From NCBI RefSeq assembly GCF_004010195.1, contig NC_057753.1, positions 4,812,887 to 4,876,886 of the forward strand: 64,000 nt of DNA. Reading direction: 5' to 3'. The DNA comes from Chiloscyllium plagiosum. Taxonomy: Eukaryota. Shown in pieces: positions 12,201 to 23,764 of this stretch; position 1 is the first letter of the stretch; the number at the start of each line of letters is the position of its first letter. Under the pieces are notes generated by a model. That model saw nothing but the letters and a program-made list of their open reading frames with translations, did not search any database and was not told where the DNA came from. A program made the position numbers and the translations under genes.

Positions 12201-13368
12201 CCTTCCATCGCTCAAGTAAATGTAACCATAATGTGGTCACTATCACCAAAGTGCTCACCTACCTCAAAATCTAATACCTGCCCGGGTTCATGACCCAGTA
12301 CCAAATCTAATGTGGCCTCGCCCCTTGTTGGCCTGTCTACATACTGTGTCAGGAAACACTCCTGCACACATTGGACAAAAACTGACCCATCTTAAATACT
12401 CAAACTATAGCATTTCCAGTCAATATTAGCCAAGTTAAAGTTCCCCATAACAATTACCCTGTTACTCTCACTCTTTCGAGAATCATCTTTGCAATAGTTT
12501 CCTCTACATCCCTGGAACAATTCGGAGGCCTACAGAAAACTCCCAACAGGGTGATCTCTCCTCTCCCGTTTCTAACCTCAGCCCATAGTATCTCAGTAGA
12601 TGAGTCCTAGTACAGTCCTTGATGGTAACACCATTGAATGTCAAGAGTCATTGGTTAGATTGTCTGTTACTAGAGAGAGTCATTATCTGGCATTTTTGTG
12701 GCATGAATGTTACTTGCCACTTGTCAGCCCAAGTCTGGATTTTGTTCAGATCTTGTCACGTTTGAACATAGACTGTTTCACTATCCAAGGAGTCACAAAT
12801 GGTGCTGACGTTGTACAATTAATCATCAGCAAACACCCACTCTGACTTTATGATGCAGTGAAGGTCATTGATGAAGCAGCCGAAGATAGTTGGGCCTAGG
12901 ACACAACCCTGAGGAACACCTGCAGAGGTGTCCTGAAACTAAGATGGCTGACCTCCAACAACCACATCTTCCTATGGGGCAGGCATGAGTCCAACCAGAG
13001 AGTTTGCCCCGTCATACCCATTGATTCCAGTTTCTCTTGGGTTCCTTGATGCCACGTCTGGTCAAGTCCTTCTTTCCATGTTTGAACCAAGGCTGTGATG
13101 AGGTCAGGAGCTGAATGGCCCTGGCAGAACCCAAACTGGGTGTCACTGATCAGGTACTATTTGATGGAGCTGTCGATGACACCTTCCGTCACTTTACTGA
13201 TTATCAAGAGTCGACTGACTGGATCTGTCTGTTTTTTTCTGTACAGGACGTAGCTGGGCAATTTTCCACTTTGTTGGGTAGATAAGAGAGTTGTAACTGT
13301 CCTGAAAGAGCTAGGCTAGAGGAGCACCTTCTGGAGTGCAAGTCTTCAGTCAGGGCCCATAGTCTTTG
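9240..13368 (-). mobile_element. Older CR1/L2-clade LINE (9240-9912 and 12620-13368) inserted in a ZNF pseudogene
   Basis: Encodes KAQVRSVMEYSPVAWMG...DTIQDK. RT-like sequence resumes after 12620. Confidence 0.75.
9915..12618 (-). mobile_element. CR1-clade LINE ORF2 fragment (endonuclease C-terminus, RT, 3' tail), decayed
   Basis: Encodes PEDWRIANVVPLFKK, NYRPVSLSSVVGKVLERII and RPHLEYCVRFWSPHY. An HE1 fragment is inserted at about 10985-11137. Confidence 0.9.
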
Positions 13369-13369
13369 C

Positions 13370-13600
13370 ACTAATGAACTCACAGCGCGGAGAGGCCATT
13401 CATTTGCTCTAAGTGAGAGAAGGATTCAGTCAGCCGTCCCACATAAGGAGACACCAGCCTCTTCACTATTAACTGCAGTGACTGGATTTTGCTGTTAATC
13501 TCATCCAAGACTCAACCATGTTCATAAACTCCAGCCCAGTTCACATTCTGGTTATAAATGAAATAAATCAGCTTTGTGTTAACCAGAGTGCGCGTGGGTG
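13370..13600 (+). pseudogene. C2H2 ZNF pseudogene, last finger and 3'UTR (continuation of 8769-9238)
   Basis: Reads ERPFICSK*...FSQPSHIRRHQPLHY*, then ggattttgctgttaatc...aaataaatcagctttgtgtt as in the 3'UTRs of intact paralogs. Confidence 0.75.
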
Positions 13601-13961
13601 TTGAGTTTTTTTTTTAAACAGCACTAACACCGGTTAGTTACTTTAGAAGGGCTCTCCCTCTCCCTGTCTCCGCCATCCTCACCTCCAACAAATAGAACAG
13701 CTTATGGAGCTTCTTTGTCACCAACAGTGAGTCAATTTGCCTCTGCTGCTTGCATGTCTTCCCCTGGACAAAACTGTCTCTGTAATTTCCCTCTCTCTTG
13801 GTGTCAATCTGAACTCACGTCTTTCTCCAGAAGCTGTCCAATGACCCCCCACCAAATTCAAACTCCACTGCCATTACTCTTTCTTGCACCAAGTCCCATT
13901 CTCCCATCACTGTTCTATATGGGCTTTTGGTCAAGGAGTGCATTGATTTTAAGTTGCCATT

Positions 13962-14930
13962 TAGAGTCATAGAGATATACAGCATGGAAACAGAACCTTT
14001 GATCCAACGCATCCATGCCGACGAGATATTCTAAACTAATCTCGTCCCATTTGCCAGCACTTGACCCATATCCCACTAAACCCTTCCTATTCATATACCC
14101 AACCAGATGCCTTTTAAATGTTGTAATCGTATCAGCCTCCACCACTTCCTCTGGCAGCTCATTCCATACAGGCACCACCCTCGACGTGAAAAAGTTGCCT
14201 CTTTAGGATCCTTTTAAATCTTTCCCATCTCACCTAAAACCTATGCCCTCTAGTTCTGGACCTCCCCACCCCAGGGAAAAAGACCTTGGATATGTATGTC
14301 CCCCCCATGATTTTATAAACCTCTATAAAGGTCACCTCTCAGCCTCCAGGGAAAACAGCACCAGCCTATTCAGCCTCTCCTCTACAGCTTAAACCTCCAA
14401 CATTGGCAACATCCTTGAAAGGGTTCAGAAGATGTTTGCAAGTTTCACAACATCCCACCTATAGGCAGGAGAGCAGAATTGCACGTAATATTCCAAAAGT
14501 GGCTAAGCCAATATGACCTCCCAACTCCTACACCCAATGCTCTGACAGATAAAGTTGAAAATCACACAACATCAGGTTATAGTCCAACAGGTTTATTTGG
14601 AAGTACAAGCTTTTGGAGCACTGTTCTGAAGGCTTGTACTTCCAAATACACCTGCTGGGACTATAACATGGTGGTTGAGAGTTTTAAACTTTATCCACCC
14701 CAGTTCAACACCAGCATCCCCACATCCTACCAGATAAAAGAAACATACCAAATGCCTTCTTCACTATCATCCCTGCCTGCAACTCCACTTTCAACGAAGT
14801 ATGAACTTGCACTCCAAGGTATCTTTGTTCTGCAACATTCCCCAGTTCCTTACCGTTAAGTGTATGTGTCCTACCCTGATATGCCTTTCCAAAATTGCAG
14901 CACCTCACGTTTATCTACATTGAACTCCAT
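13962..14930 (-). mobile_element. CR1/HER1-like LINE 3' fragment
   Basis: Encodes VWNELPEEVVEADTITTFKRHL. A palindromic insert lies at about 14552-14730. Confidence 0.85.
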
Positions 14931-15099
14931 CTCGGCCCGTTTTTTTTCCTCAGATTCCGCCTGGGGCCTGGACCCCTACCTCCTTCTGTCACTCACCAGA
15001 TTGCCTCGAGTGGTTATTATCACTCCCTGTCACCTACTGTGGACTCCCTCTCCTTCTGGACCCTTCCTCTATCACACCCTCAGAAGAGGAGGAACCTGC

Positions 15100-15590
15100 C
15101 TCTCGCGTCACAATGAGACAATGGCTGATTGGCGGAGGCTCCGGGTCAATCGAGGGAGTGGGCAGAGCTGAGCGGCTCGGACCAATCGGAGTGAATGAAG
15201 GGCGGACCAAGCGACTGCCCACGTGATCATCCCGACGGACGGTGACGATCTGCGCAGACGCAGGGTCGCCCTGAGTGAAGAGATGGCCCAGTGCGCGAGG
15301 TTGTGGAGACGGTAAAGGAACAGAAACAGGGGCGGGGGAAAAGACAAATGGCGTCAATGTGTGCTGGGAAGTTTCATAAAAACCCGATGTCGGCTGCCAG
15401 GCCCGATTAGGATCTCCCGATCTTGTCTTCCCGGCAAATGGGGAAATGGCCGTGGGCCTCAAAAGGTCGTAGGCCCGAGTTGGCGCCGACATCTTTCTGC
15501 GTGGCAATATGTCGCGGTACGCATGCGTGGACGCCATCGTTTTAGGGGGCAAGGTGCTGTGTGGCATTCCATTACTGTAACAGGGAGGAT
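15100..15590 (+). promoter_or_regulatory. CpG-rich promoter of ZNF gene 1
   Basis: CpG dense with ATTGG/CCAAT boxes, CACGTG, a GC box, an NRF1-like CGCATGCG and a YY1-like CGCCAT at 15532. Confidence 0.7.
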
Positions 15591-15600
15591 TTAAACTGAG

Positions 15601-16545
15601 AGAAAGTGAGGGCTGCAGATGCTGGAGATCAGAGCTGAAAATGTGTTGCTGGAAAAGCGCAGCAGGTCAGACAGCATCCAAGGAACAGGAGAATCGACGT
15701 TTCGGGCACAAGCCCTTCTTCAGGAATGAGGAAAGNNNNNNNNNNNNNNNNNNNNNNNNNNNNNNNNNNNNNNNNNNNNNNNNNNNNNNNNNNNNNNNNN
15801 NNNNNNNNNNNNNNNNNNNNNNNNNNNNNNNNNNNNNNNNNNNNNNNNNNNNNNNNNNNNNNNNNNNNNNNNNNNNNNNNNNNNNNNNNNNNNNNNNNNN
15901 NNNNNNNNNNNNNNNNNNNNNNNNNNNNNNNNNNNNNNNNNNNNNNNNNNNNNNNNNNNNNNNNNNNNNNGGGTGGTTGGGTTGGTTGGTTCGGGTGTCC
16001 CAGAGGTGTTCTCTGAAACGTTCTGCAAGTAGGCGGCCTGTCTCCCCAATATAGAGGAGGCCACATCGGGTGCAGCGGATGCAATAGATGATGTGTGTGG
16101 AGGTGCAGGTGAATTTGTGGCGGATATGGAAGTGTCCCTTGGGGCCTTGGAGGGAAGTAAGGGGGGAGGTGTGGGCGCAAGTTTTGCATTTCTTGCGGTT
16201 GCAGGGGAAGGTGCCGGGAGTGGAGGTTGGGTTGGTGGGGGGTGTGGACCTGACGAGGGAGTCACGGAGGGAGTGGTCTTCTCGGAACGCTGATAGGGGA
16301 GGGGAGGGAAATATATCCCTGGTGGTGGGGTCCACTTGGAGGTGGCAGAAATTACGGCGGATGATACGTTGTACATGGAGGTTGATGGGGTGGTAGGTGA
16401 GGACCAGTGGGGTTCTGTTCTGGTGGCGGTTGGAGGGGCAGGGCTCAAGGGCGGAGGAGCGGGAAGTGGAAGAGATGCGGTGGAGAGCATCGTCGACTAC
16501 GTCTGGCAGGAAATTGCGGTCCTTGAAGAAGGAGGCCATCTGGGT
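15601..16545 (-). mobile_element. Penelope-like retroelement 3' fragment (GIY-YIG endonuclease and terminal repeat; contains an N gap)
   Basis: Encodes FTCTSTHIIYCIRCTRCGLLYIGETGRLLAERFREH. Flanked by the direct repeat tttaaactgag (15590-15600, 16546-16556). Confidence 0.9.
15692..15727 (-). ncRNA. Minimal hammerhead ribozyme motif
   Basis: AUUC-CUGAAGA-A-GGGC-UUGU-GCCC-GAAACGUC-GAUU, on the same strand as the GIY-YIG ORF. Confidence 0.7.
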
Positions 16546-16703
16546 TTAAACTGAGCAACTCATAACAAGAGAAATGTTTATTACTTCTAGACTTGTATCA
16601 GGAACCGACAGTGAAGGATTGTTTTGCTAATTCTTTTGCAGGATACTAAATTAGGAGTATTTGCAGGTGCTAAACTCAAAGACAAACATAATGGAAATAC
16701 CTG

Positions 16704-17368
16704 GGAAAGCACAGCAGGTCAGGGTAGCATCCGAGGAGCTGGAGAATCGACGTTTCGGGCATAAGCCCTTCATCAGGAATGAGAGAGGGGGGCTGTACCT
16801 CACCACTGTCATCTACTGCATCCATTGCACCAATGTGGTCTCCTCAACTTCAGGGAGACAGGACGCCTCCTTGCAGATCATTTCAGAGAATATCTCTGGG
16901 ACACCCACAACCACCAACCCCACTGCTCCATGGGTGAACACATTAGCTCCCCTCCCACTTCATCAAGGGCATGCAGATCCTGGGCCTCCTCCACTGTCAA
17001 ACTGTTATCACTTGACACCTAGACAGAAGAATGCCTCATATTCTGCCTTGGGACCTTGAAATCACACAGGATAAATGTGAATTTCAACAGCTTCCTCATC
17101 TCTTCTCCCCTCACATTATCCCAGTCCCATTATCATCATCACTCCCCCTCTGACCTATCACCTTCTCCTTCATCAACCTATCGCTTTCTCAGCCACCTCT
17201 CCCCCCCCCACTCTGAACATATTAGCCCCCCCCCCTTCCATTTATCTCTCATTCCTGTTGAAGGGCTTATGCCTGAAACGTCAATTCTCCTGCTCCTCCA
17301 ATGTTGCCTGACTTGCTATGCTTTCCCAGCAACACACTCTTGACTCTGATCTGCAGCCCTTACTTTCT
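16704..17368 (+). mobile_element. Penelope-like fragment with inverted 5' terminal repeat
   Basis: Decayed GIY-YIG (VIYCIHC...ETGRLLADHFREYLWDTH) with inverted termini. Flanking 17-bp repeat cataatggaaatacctg / cataatataaatacctg. Confidence 0.85.
16745..16780 (-). ncRNA. Minimal hammerhead ribozyme motif
   Basis: AUUC-CUGAUGA-A-GGGC-UUAU-GCCC-GAAACGUC-GAUU. Confidence 0.7.
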
Positions 17369-18264
17369 CATAATATAAATACCTGACAGTCACTCAATTA
17401 ATCAAAACCTGAATACACCAGCCTTTAAGCATGGAAAGGTTAAGGTCTGTTCTGCCTGTAGGACAAGATTTTCAATACTTGGAAGCAGCGCGAGAAAAAA
17501 CTGCATTGGTCTTTGTAAATTCACCTCCTTATTTCCCATTTGAGGTGCTCCTGAACGTGGAATCTTTGGAGGTCGCTGGGCAGAGTGGTGACTGTGGAAG
17601 GGGCATGCCTTGAGAAAGGACACAGTTCTGAATGATCTGAAGATTATAGATGTGGAATATGATAGGCCAGCAAGGAAAGTGTCAGCACTGTCAAGTAGAG
17701 TTAACAGGGGAAAGGATGAGAGTTGCAAAACCAATTTGGCTGAGACTAATGCAATTTTGCTGATATTACAGAATTGGAGACATTCCATCGCGCACACTCC
17801 TCTTTGACTGCAAGCGCACACACACACTTGCTTTTTATTGAGGCCTGAGTCTTCTGTAGGTCCAGATAAGGAGGAAAGTTCATTTCCCCACATCATAGAT
17901 TCTCCAGCATGGAAGCAGGCCATATTCCCCCAAGTGTACACCAACCCTCCGAAGAGCATCCCACCATATAACCCTGCATTTGCCATGACTACTCCACCTA
18001 ACATGCACATTTTTGGACTGGAAAGACATTGTCATAAAATCTCAACTGGTTCAGCAATCCAGCAGCTTTCACAATCGTTTTTGTATTCATCGTTTCACAA
18101 ATTACCAGATCCTCTCAATTCAATTCTACAAGTTTATCTCTCACTCCTATTTTTCTGTTTTAACTCAATTGACTAGGGTGTTTGAAAGGGAGGATTTGCA
18201 GTCAGAAACCTGACATGTGAAATCCCATGTCACATCAGGACCTGAATGTCTTTGGATTCAGAAC

Positions 18265-18888
18265 ATGGAAGCAAAGAGCACCGCTCAATGCAGAGAGAAA
18301 CCGTACACATGCTCTGTGTGTGGACGAGTCTTTAGCCATTCCTCTGGCCTGTCGAGACACAAGCTCAGTCACACTGGGGAGAAACCGTGGAAATGTGGGG
18401 ACTGTGGGAAGGCATTCACGTCACCCTCTGACCTGGAAAGGCATCGGCGCAGTCACACTGGGGAAAGGCCATTCACCTGTTCTGAATGTTGGAAGGGATT
18501 CAACCAGTTATCCAACCTACTGCAGCACCAGCAGGTTCACACTGACGAGAGACCTTTTGGATGTCCAGACTGCGGGAAGTGCTTTAAAAGATCTTGGGAC
18601 CTCATGTCCCATCAACGTGCTCACACCGACGAGAGACCATTCAGATGCCCTCACTGTGGGACAGGATTCAAGAAGTCGTATAACCTTACCATACACCAAC
18701 GGCTTCACACTGGGGAGAGACCGTTCATCTGCTCAGAGTGTGGGAAGGGATACACTCAATTGTGCAACCTGCAGACACACCAACGAATTCACAGTGGGGT
18801 ACGAGCATTCAGCTGCCCCGAGTGTGGGAAGGGGTTTACTCAGTCAGCCCACCTGCTAAGACACCAGCAAGTTCACAAGAAAATGTGA
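18265..18888 (+). CDS. C2H2 zinc-finger protein, 7 tandem fingers (ZNF gene 1)
   Basis: ORF 18217-18888 has 7 CxxC-x12-HxxxH units with TGEKP/TGERP/TDERP linkers. First ATG at 18265 (aacATGg). Putative acceptor tag|G at 18176/18177. AATAAA near 18993. Confidence 0.92.
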   Translation: MEAKSTAQCREKPYTCSVCGRVFSHSSGLSRHKLSHTGEKPWKCGDCGKAFTSPSDLERHRRSHTGERPFTCSECWKGFNQLSNLLQHQQVHTDERPFGCPDCGKCFKRSWDLMSHQRAHTDERPFRCPHCGTGFKKSYNLTIHQRLHTGERPFICSECGKGYTQLCNLQTHQRIHSGVRAFSCPECGKGFTQSAHLLRHQQVHKKM

Positions 18889-19359
18889 TGGAGGGATTTT
18901 GCTGTGAATCACGTCCAAGGTACAGCCATGTTCTTTGCTCATGTAAATAGACCATAGTTTAGTTATATATGTCAATATCCTGGATAAATTCAAATAAAGT
19001 CAGCTTCGTGTGACCCACCTAATGTGTCAAGTCTTGATGATCTGCACCACAGTTAGATCCTTTTGAAAGGGCTGTCTCTCTGCACTGTCTCCTCCAACCT
19101 CACACCTGCTATGACGTCATTCTCAGCTGTCAGTTTGTCCGCCTCCATTGATCCTATTAAACGGCTAATCACACAGAATCCCCACATGCTGTGGTGCGTT
19201 AATGATCCTCTCTCTGGCCCCTTTAAATCTGTCATCCTTAATCCCACTTTGATAAACAAATCCTCCAACACCACCCTCATGCTTGAAACTGCTCTCCAAC
19301 TCCCAACGTCATTTTCGTCTCTAAAGTGCTTCGCTATTTCGAATCCCTCAAGTGTGCAT

Positions 19360-19850
19360 AGATTAGATTAGATTCCCTACAGTGTGGAAACAGGCCCTTC
19401 GGCCCAACGACACCGACCCTCCGAAGAGTAACCCACCCAGACCCATTTCCCTCTGACTAATACGCCTAACACTACGGGCAATTTAGCATGGCCAACTCAC
19501 CCCGACCTGCACATCTTTGGATTGTGGGAGGAAACCGGAGCAACTGGAGGAAACCCACGCAAACATGGGGAGAATGTGCAAACTCCACACAGACAGTCGC
19601 CAGAGGCTGGAATCGAACCTGGGACCCTGGTGCTGTGAGGCAGCAGTGCTAACCACTGAGCCACCATGCCACCCATAAAGGTGCACCAGCCCACCAAAGA
19701 GCATTCCCTCTGGACTATGCACCCCCAAACTATCCCCGTAACCCAACATTTGCCTTGTCTAATCCACCGAACCTGCACATCTTTAGACACAGAATCCACA
19801 CAGACGGTCACCCAAGGCTGAAATTGAACCTGGGCCCCAGGTGCTATGAG
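19360..19850 (-). mobile_element. Two adjacent HE1-type SINEs
   Basis: Reverse complement of the HE1 consensus. Confidence 0.85.
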
Positions 19851-20540
19851 TCAAACGGCACAAAAACAGGCCCTTTGGTCCAACCAGTCCATGCTGACCG
19901 TAATCCCAAAGTGAACTAGTCCCACCTGCCTGCGCTTGGCCCATATTCCTCCTAATCTTTCCTATCCATGTAGATATCTAAATGTCTTGTCAATGTTGTA
20001 ACTGTACCCACATCCACAACTTCCTCTGGAAGTTCACCCCGCATACAAACTACTCTGTGTAAAAAAAATACGCCCCTCATGTCTTTCTAAATGTTTCTCC
20101 TCTCACCTTAAAAATACACCCCCTAGTCTTCAAATCCCCCACCTAGGGAAAGAAAAACACCTACCATTCAACTTAACTACACTTTTCATGAGTTTAGAAA
20201 CCTCTATAAGGTCACCTCTCAACCTCCTACACCCCAGCGAGAGAAGTCCCAGGCTATCCAGCCTCCTCTTATAACTTGAATCTTCCATTCCTGGCAGCAT
20301 GCTTGTAAATCTCTCCTGAATTCTCTCCGGCTTAATAATATCCTTCCTGTAACGGGGCGACCAGAACTGGCCACAGTATTCCAGAGGAGACTTGACCAAT
20401 GTCTTGTACAACCTCAACATAACGTCCTAACTCCTCTACTGAAAGGTCTGAGCAATGAAGGCGAGCGTGCTAAATACCTTCTAAACTTCCCTATCTTTAC
20501 ATGATAGAAACTTCAACGGATTATGTACCTGAACCCCTGG
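19850..20540 (-). mobile_element. CR1-clade LINE 3' fragment
   Basis: Encodes LRLYKTLVKSPLEYCGQFWSPRYRKDI. Confidence 0.85.
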
Positions 20541-21438
20541 CCGCTACACTACGACAGTGCTAACCACTGAGTCACCAGCACTCTTCGTAAATTCTTGCCC
20601 ATTGTTCCCAGTTCGTAATATCTGAACCTCTCCACTGGTATGACCTCATCCTCCTTGATCTCACTGCAGCCTGGGGCAAGGAGAGCCATTCCATTCCACT
20701 TCAATGATTCTCCAGTGTCCTCCAGCTGCATAAAGTCATGGAGGGCTGCAGCACTGAAAAGGACCCTTCAGCCCAGCGAGTCTATATCAGCCAAAATAAA
20801 AAACCACAACTATTCTAATCCCATCTTTCAGCAACAGAGCCATAACCTTGACATCGCACGTGTACATCTAAGTACTACTTAAATGTTATGAGGGTTGCTG
20901 CCTCTACCAACCTTACGGGCAGAGAGTTCCAGATTCCTATCAGCCTCTAGGTGAGCAACAATCTCCCCACACTCCCTCTAAATCTCCTGCTCCTTAACTT
21001 AAATCTATGCCACTTGGTCATCGATTCCTCCGCCAAGGGGGAGGATATGGGCCTCTAGGAGGTAGGACAAAACGAATAAAGGAGCTGCACAAAAGGGCTT
21101 CTGCATTGCTAAATTAGATTGCTCTGAACCAGACAAAAACTAGAAACCGCAGACTGATGTTTCCCCATGCTTACCTGACTACCTATAGTTAAAGCTGTGA
21201 AGAAGCAGATGGATAAGATGAGGAAATGCAAGTCCTCGTAGAGGAATCACTAAACCACACTTTGCAAGTTGTGAATCTTTGAAAAGGTGACATAAACCAA
21301 TATAACGTAACCAATATCATTGGTTCAAGCTTCTACCCATGAGGTGATACCATGTACTGATTGGTTGTAATTATGCCATCATGCTCCATGTCTGATGATG
21401 ATGAATATATCTAAACCTTACGCAAACTCTATAAGGTT

Positions 21439-23150
21439 AACATATAAAGTTAAAAGAGAAAAAGTATAACATAGCTAAGATAAGTGGGAAAACTGAGGAC
21501 TGGGAAGCTTTTAAAGAGCAACAGAGGATTACTAAGAAGGAAATACGCAGAGGAAAAATGAGGTACGAAGGTAAACTGGCCAAGAATATTAAGGAGGATA
21601 GTAAAAGCTTTTTAGGTGCTGGAAACCAGATTCTGGATTAGTGGTGCTGGAAGAGCACAGCAGTTCAGGCAGCATCCAAGGAGCTTCGAAATCGACGTTT
21701 CGGGCAAAAGCCCTTCATCAGGAATAAAGGCAGTNNNNNNNNNNNNNNNNNNNNNNNNNNNNNNNNNNNNNNNNNNNNNNNNNNNNNNNNNNNNNNNNNN
21801 NNNNNNNNNNNNNNNNNNNNNNNNNNNNNNNNNNNNNNNNNNNNNNNNNNNNNNNNNNNNNNNNNNNNNNNNNNNNNNNNNNNNNNNNNNNNNNNNNNNN
21901 NNNNNNNNNNNNNNNNNNNNNNNNNNNNNNNNNNNNNNNNNNNNNNNNNNNNNNNNNNNNNNNNNNNNNNNNNNNNNNNNNNNNNNNNNNNNNNNNNNNN
22001 NNNNNNNNNNNNNNNNNNNNNNNNNNNNNNNNNNNNNNNNNNNNNNNNNNNNNNNNNNNNNNNNNNNNNNNNNNNNNNNNNNNNNNNNNNNNNNNNNNNN
22101 NNNNNNNNNNNNNNNNNNNNNNNNNNNNNNNNNNNNNNNNNNNNNNNNNNNNNNNNNNNNNNNNNNNNNNNNNNNNNNNNNNNNNNNNNNNNNNNNNNNN
22201 NNNNNNNNNNNNNNNNNNNNNNNNNNNNNNNNNNNNNNNNNNNNNNNNNNNNNNNNNNNNNNNNNNNNNNNNNNNNNNNNNNNNNNNNNNNNNNNNNNNN
22301 NNNNNNNNNNNNNNNNNNNNNNNNNNNNNNNNNNNNNNNNNNNNNNNNNNNNNNNNNNNNNNNNNNNNNNNNNNNNNNNNNNNNNNNNNNNNNNNNNNNN
22401 NNNNNNNNNNNNNNNNNNNNNNNNNNNNNNNNNNNNNNNNNNNNNNNNNNNNNNNNNNNNNNNNNNNNNNNNNNNNNNNNNNNNNNNNNNNNNNNNNNNN
22501 NNNNNNNNNNNNNNNNNNNNNNNNNNNNNNNNNNNNNNNNNNNNNNNNNNNNNNNNNNNNNNNNNNNNNNNNNNNNNNNNNNNNNNNNNNNNNNNNNNNN
22601 NNNNNNNNNNNNNNNNNNNNNNNNNNNNNNNTTTGAGAAAAGACATTCTGGCTTTTGAGGGAGTGCAGCGTAGGTTCACGAGGTCAATTCCTGGAATGGC
22701 AGGATTACCTTACACTGAAAGACTGAAGTGACTGGGCTTGTATACCCTTGAGTTTAGAAGACTGAGAGTGGATCTGATTGAGACGTATAAGATTATTAAA
22801 GGATTGGACACTCTGGAGGCAGGAAACATGTTTCCGCTGATGGGTGAGTGCCGAACCAGAGGACACAGCTTAAAAATACGGGGTAGACCATTTAGGACAG
22901 AGCTCAGGAGAAACTTCTTCACCCAGAGAGTGGTGGCTGTGTGGAATGCTCTGCCACAGGGGGCAGTGGAGGCCCACTCTCTGGATTCATTTAAGAAGGA
23001 GTTGGATAGAGCTCTCAAAGATAGTGGAATCAAGGGTTATGGAGATAAGGCAGGAACAGGATACTGATTAGGAATGATCAGCCATGATTATATTGAATGG
23101 CGGTGCAGGCTCGAAGGGCTGAATGGCCTACTCCTGCACCTATTGTCTAT
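21439..23150 (+). mobile_element. CR1-clade LINE fragment (contains a Penelope terminus and an N gap)
   Basis: Encodes LEFRRLRVDLIETYKII...RTRGHSLKI...FFTQRVVAVWNALP. Flanking repeat tctataaggtt (21428, 23146). Confidence 0.85.
21690..21725 (-). ncRNA. Minimal hammerhead ribozyme motif in a Penelope terminus
   Basis: Minus strand reads AUUC-CUGAUGA-A-GGGC-UUUU-GCCC-GAAACGUC-GAUU. Confidence 0.7.
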
Positions 23151-23764
23151 AAGGTTGTTGGATTCTTTTGATTGCCAAGAAGTTTTCATACTTCTGGGCA
23201 AATCAGTCTGCCAACCCAGCGCTGTAACATACAATAAACGATTGTTTGCATGTTGGACAAGGAGTCGTTTACAGGTGTGTTAATTGACCGATCACGGAAC
23301 CGAGTGACCAATAGATCATCAAGGGGAAACGCTTTTTCCTTCCACCTCGTCCATGCTGTTCACAGTTTTATACCTCTCGTCAGGAAGTTGTGAAACTTGA
23401 AAGGGTTCGGGAAAGCTTTGCAAGGATGTTGCCAGGGCTGGAGCTGGAAGGAGAGGCTGACTAGGCTGGGGCTGTTTTCTCTGGAGCGTCGGAGGCTGAG
23501 GGGTGACCTTGCAGAGGTTTATAAAATCGTGAGAAGCATGGATTAGGTAAACAGACAAAAGTCTTTTCCCTGAGGCTGAGTACCTCCCCGAGTGCAATCC
23601 TTCCTTTCAAATATACATATAGTACCTAACTTAAGTTAAAACAGGACAAAAATTGAGTGAGACAGAGGGGTCAAGCTGAATGAATCTGGCAAGTCATTAG
23701 TGCTAGCACTAGGAACAGGTAATCATAAAAGCTGCCTGATTGGTTCAGAAATCTGAGTGGTCTG

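Larger units (their letters stand above)
16642..17438 (+). other. Putative upstream 5'UTR exon of gene 1 (leader copy) interrupted by a Penelope-like insertion
   Basis: ttcttttgcag| acceptor. Leader sequence at 16642-16703 resumes at 17386 and ends at ATGGAAAG|gttaag (17438). Confidence 0.5.
21040..23321 (+). mobile_element. Probable solo LTR (about 565 bp: 21040-21438 plus 23157-23321), split by a later CR1 insertion
   Basis: Interrupts an older CR1 with a 4-bp aggg repeat. Ends are (G)GAGGAT...ATCATCA (imperfect TG...CA inverted repeat). Contains CCAAT boxes, a TATA-like ctataa and AATAAA at 23233. Confidence 0.5.

Noticed and set aside
18211..18213. In-frame TGA in the gene 1 leader as selenocysteine or readthrough
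   Set aside because: No SECIS evidence, and the position is not Cys in paralogs. An ordinary stop in an untranslated or uORF leader is simpler.
18227..18859. Overlapping 210-aa +1-frame ORF in gene 1
   Set aside because: Shadow ORFs ([13 protein letters not shown] repeats) are a known by-product of tandem C2H2 codon structure.
21612..22731. 355-371 aa ORFs
   Set aside because: They run through the N gap and are artefacts. The same applies to the X-containing ORFs at 15629-16490.
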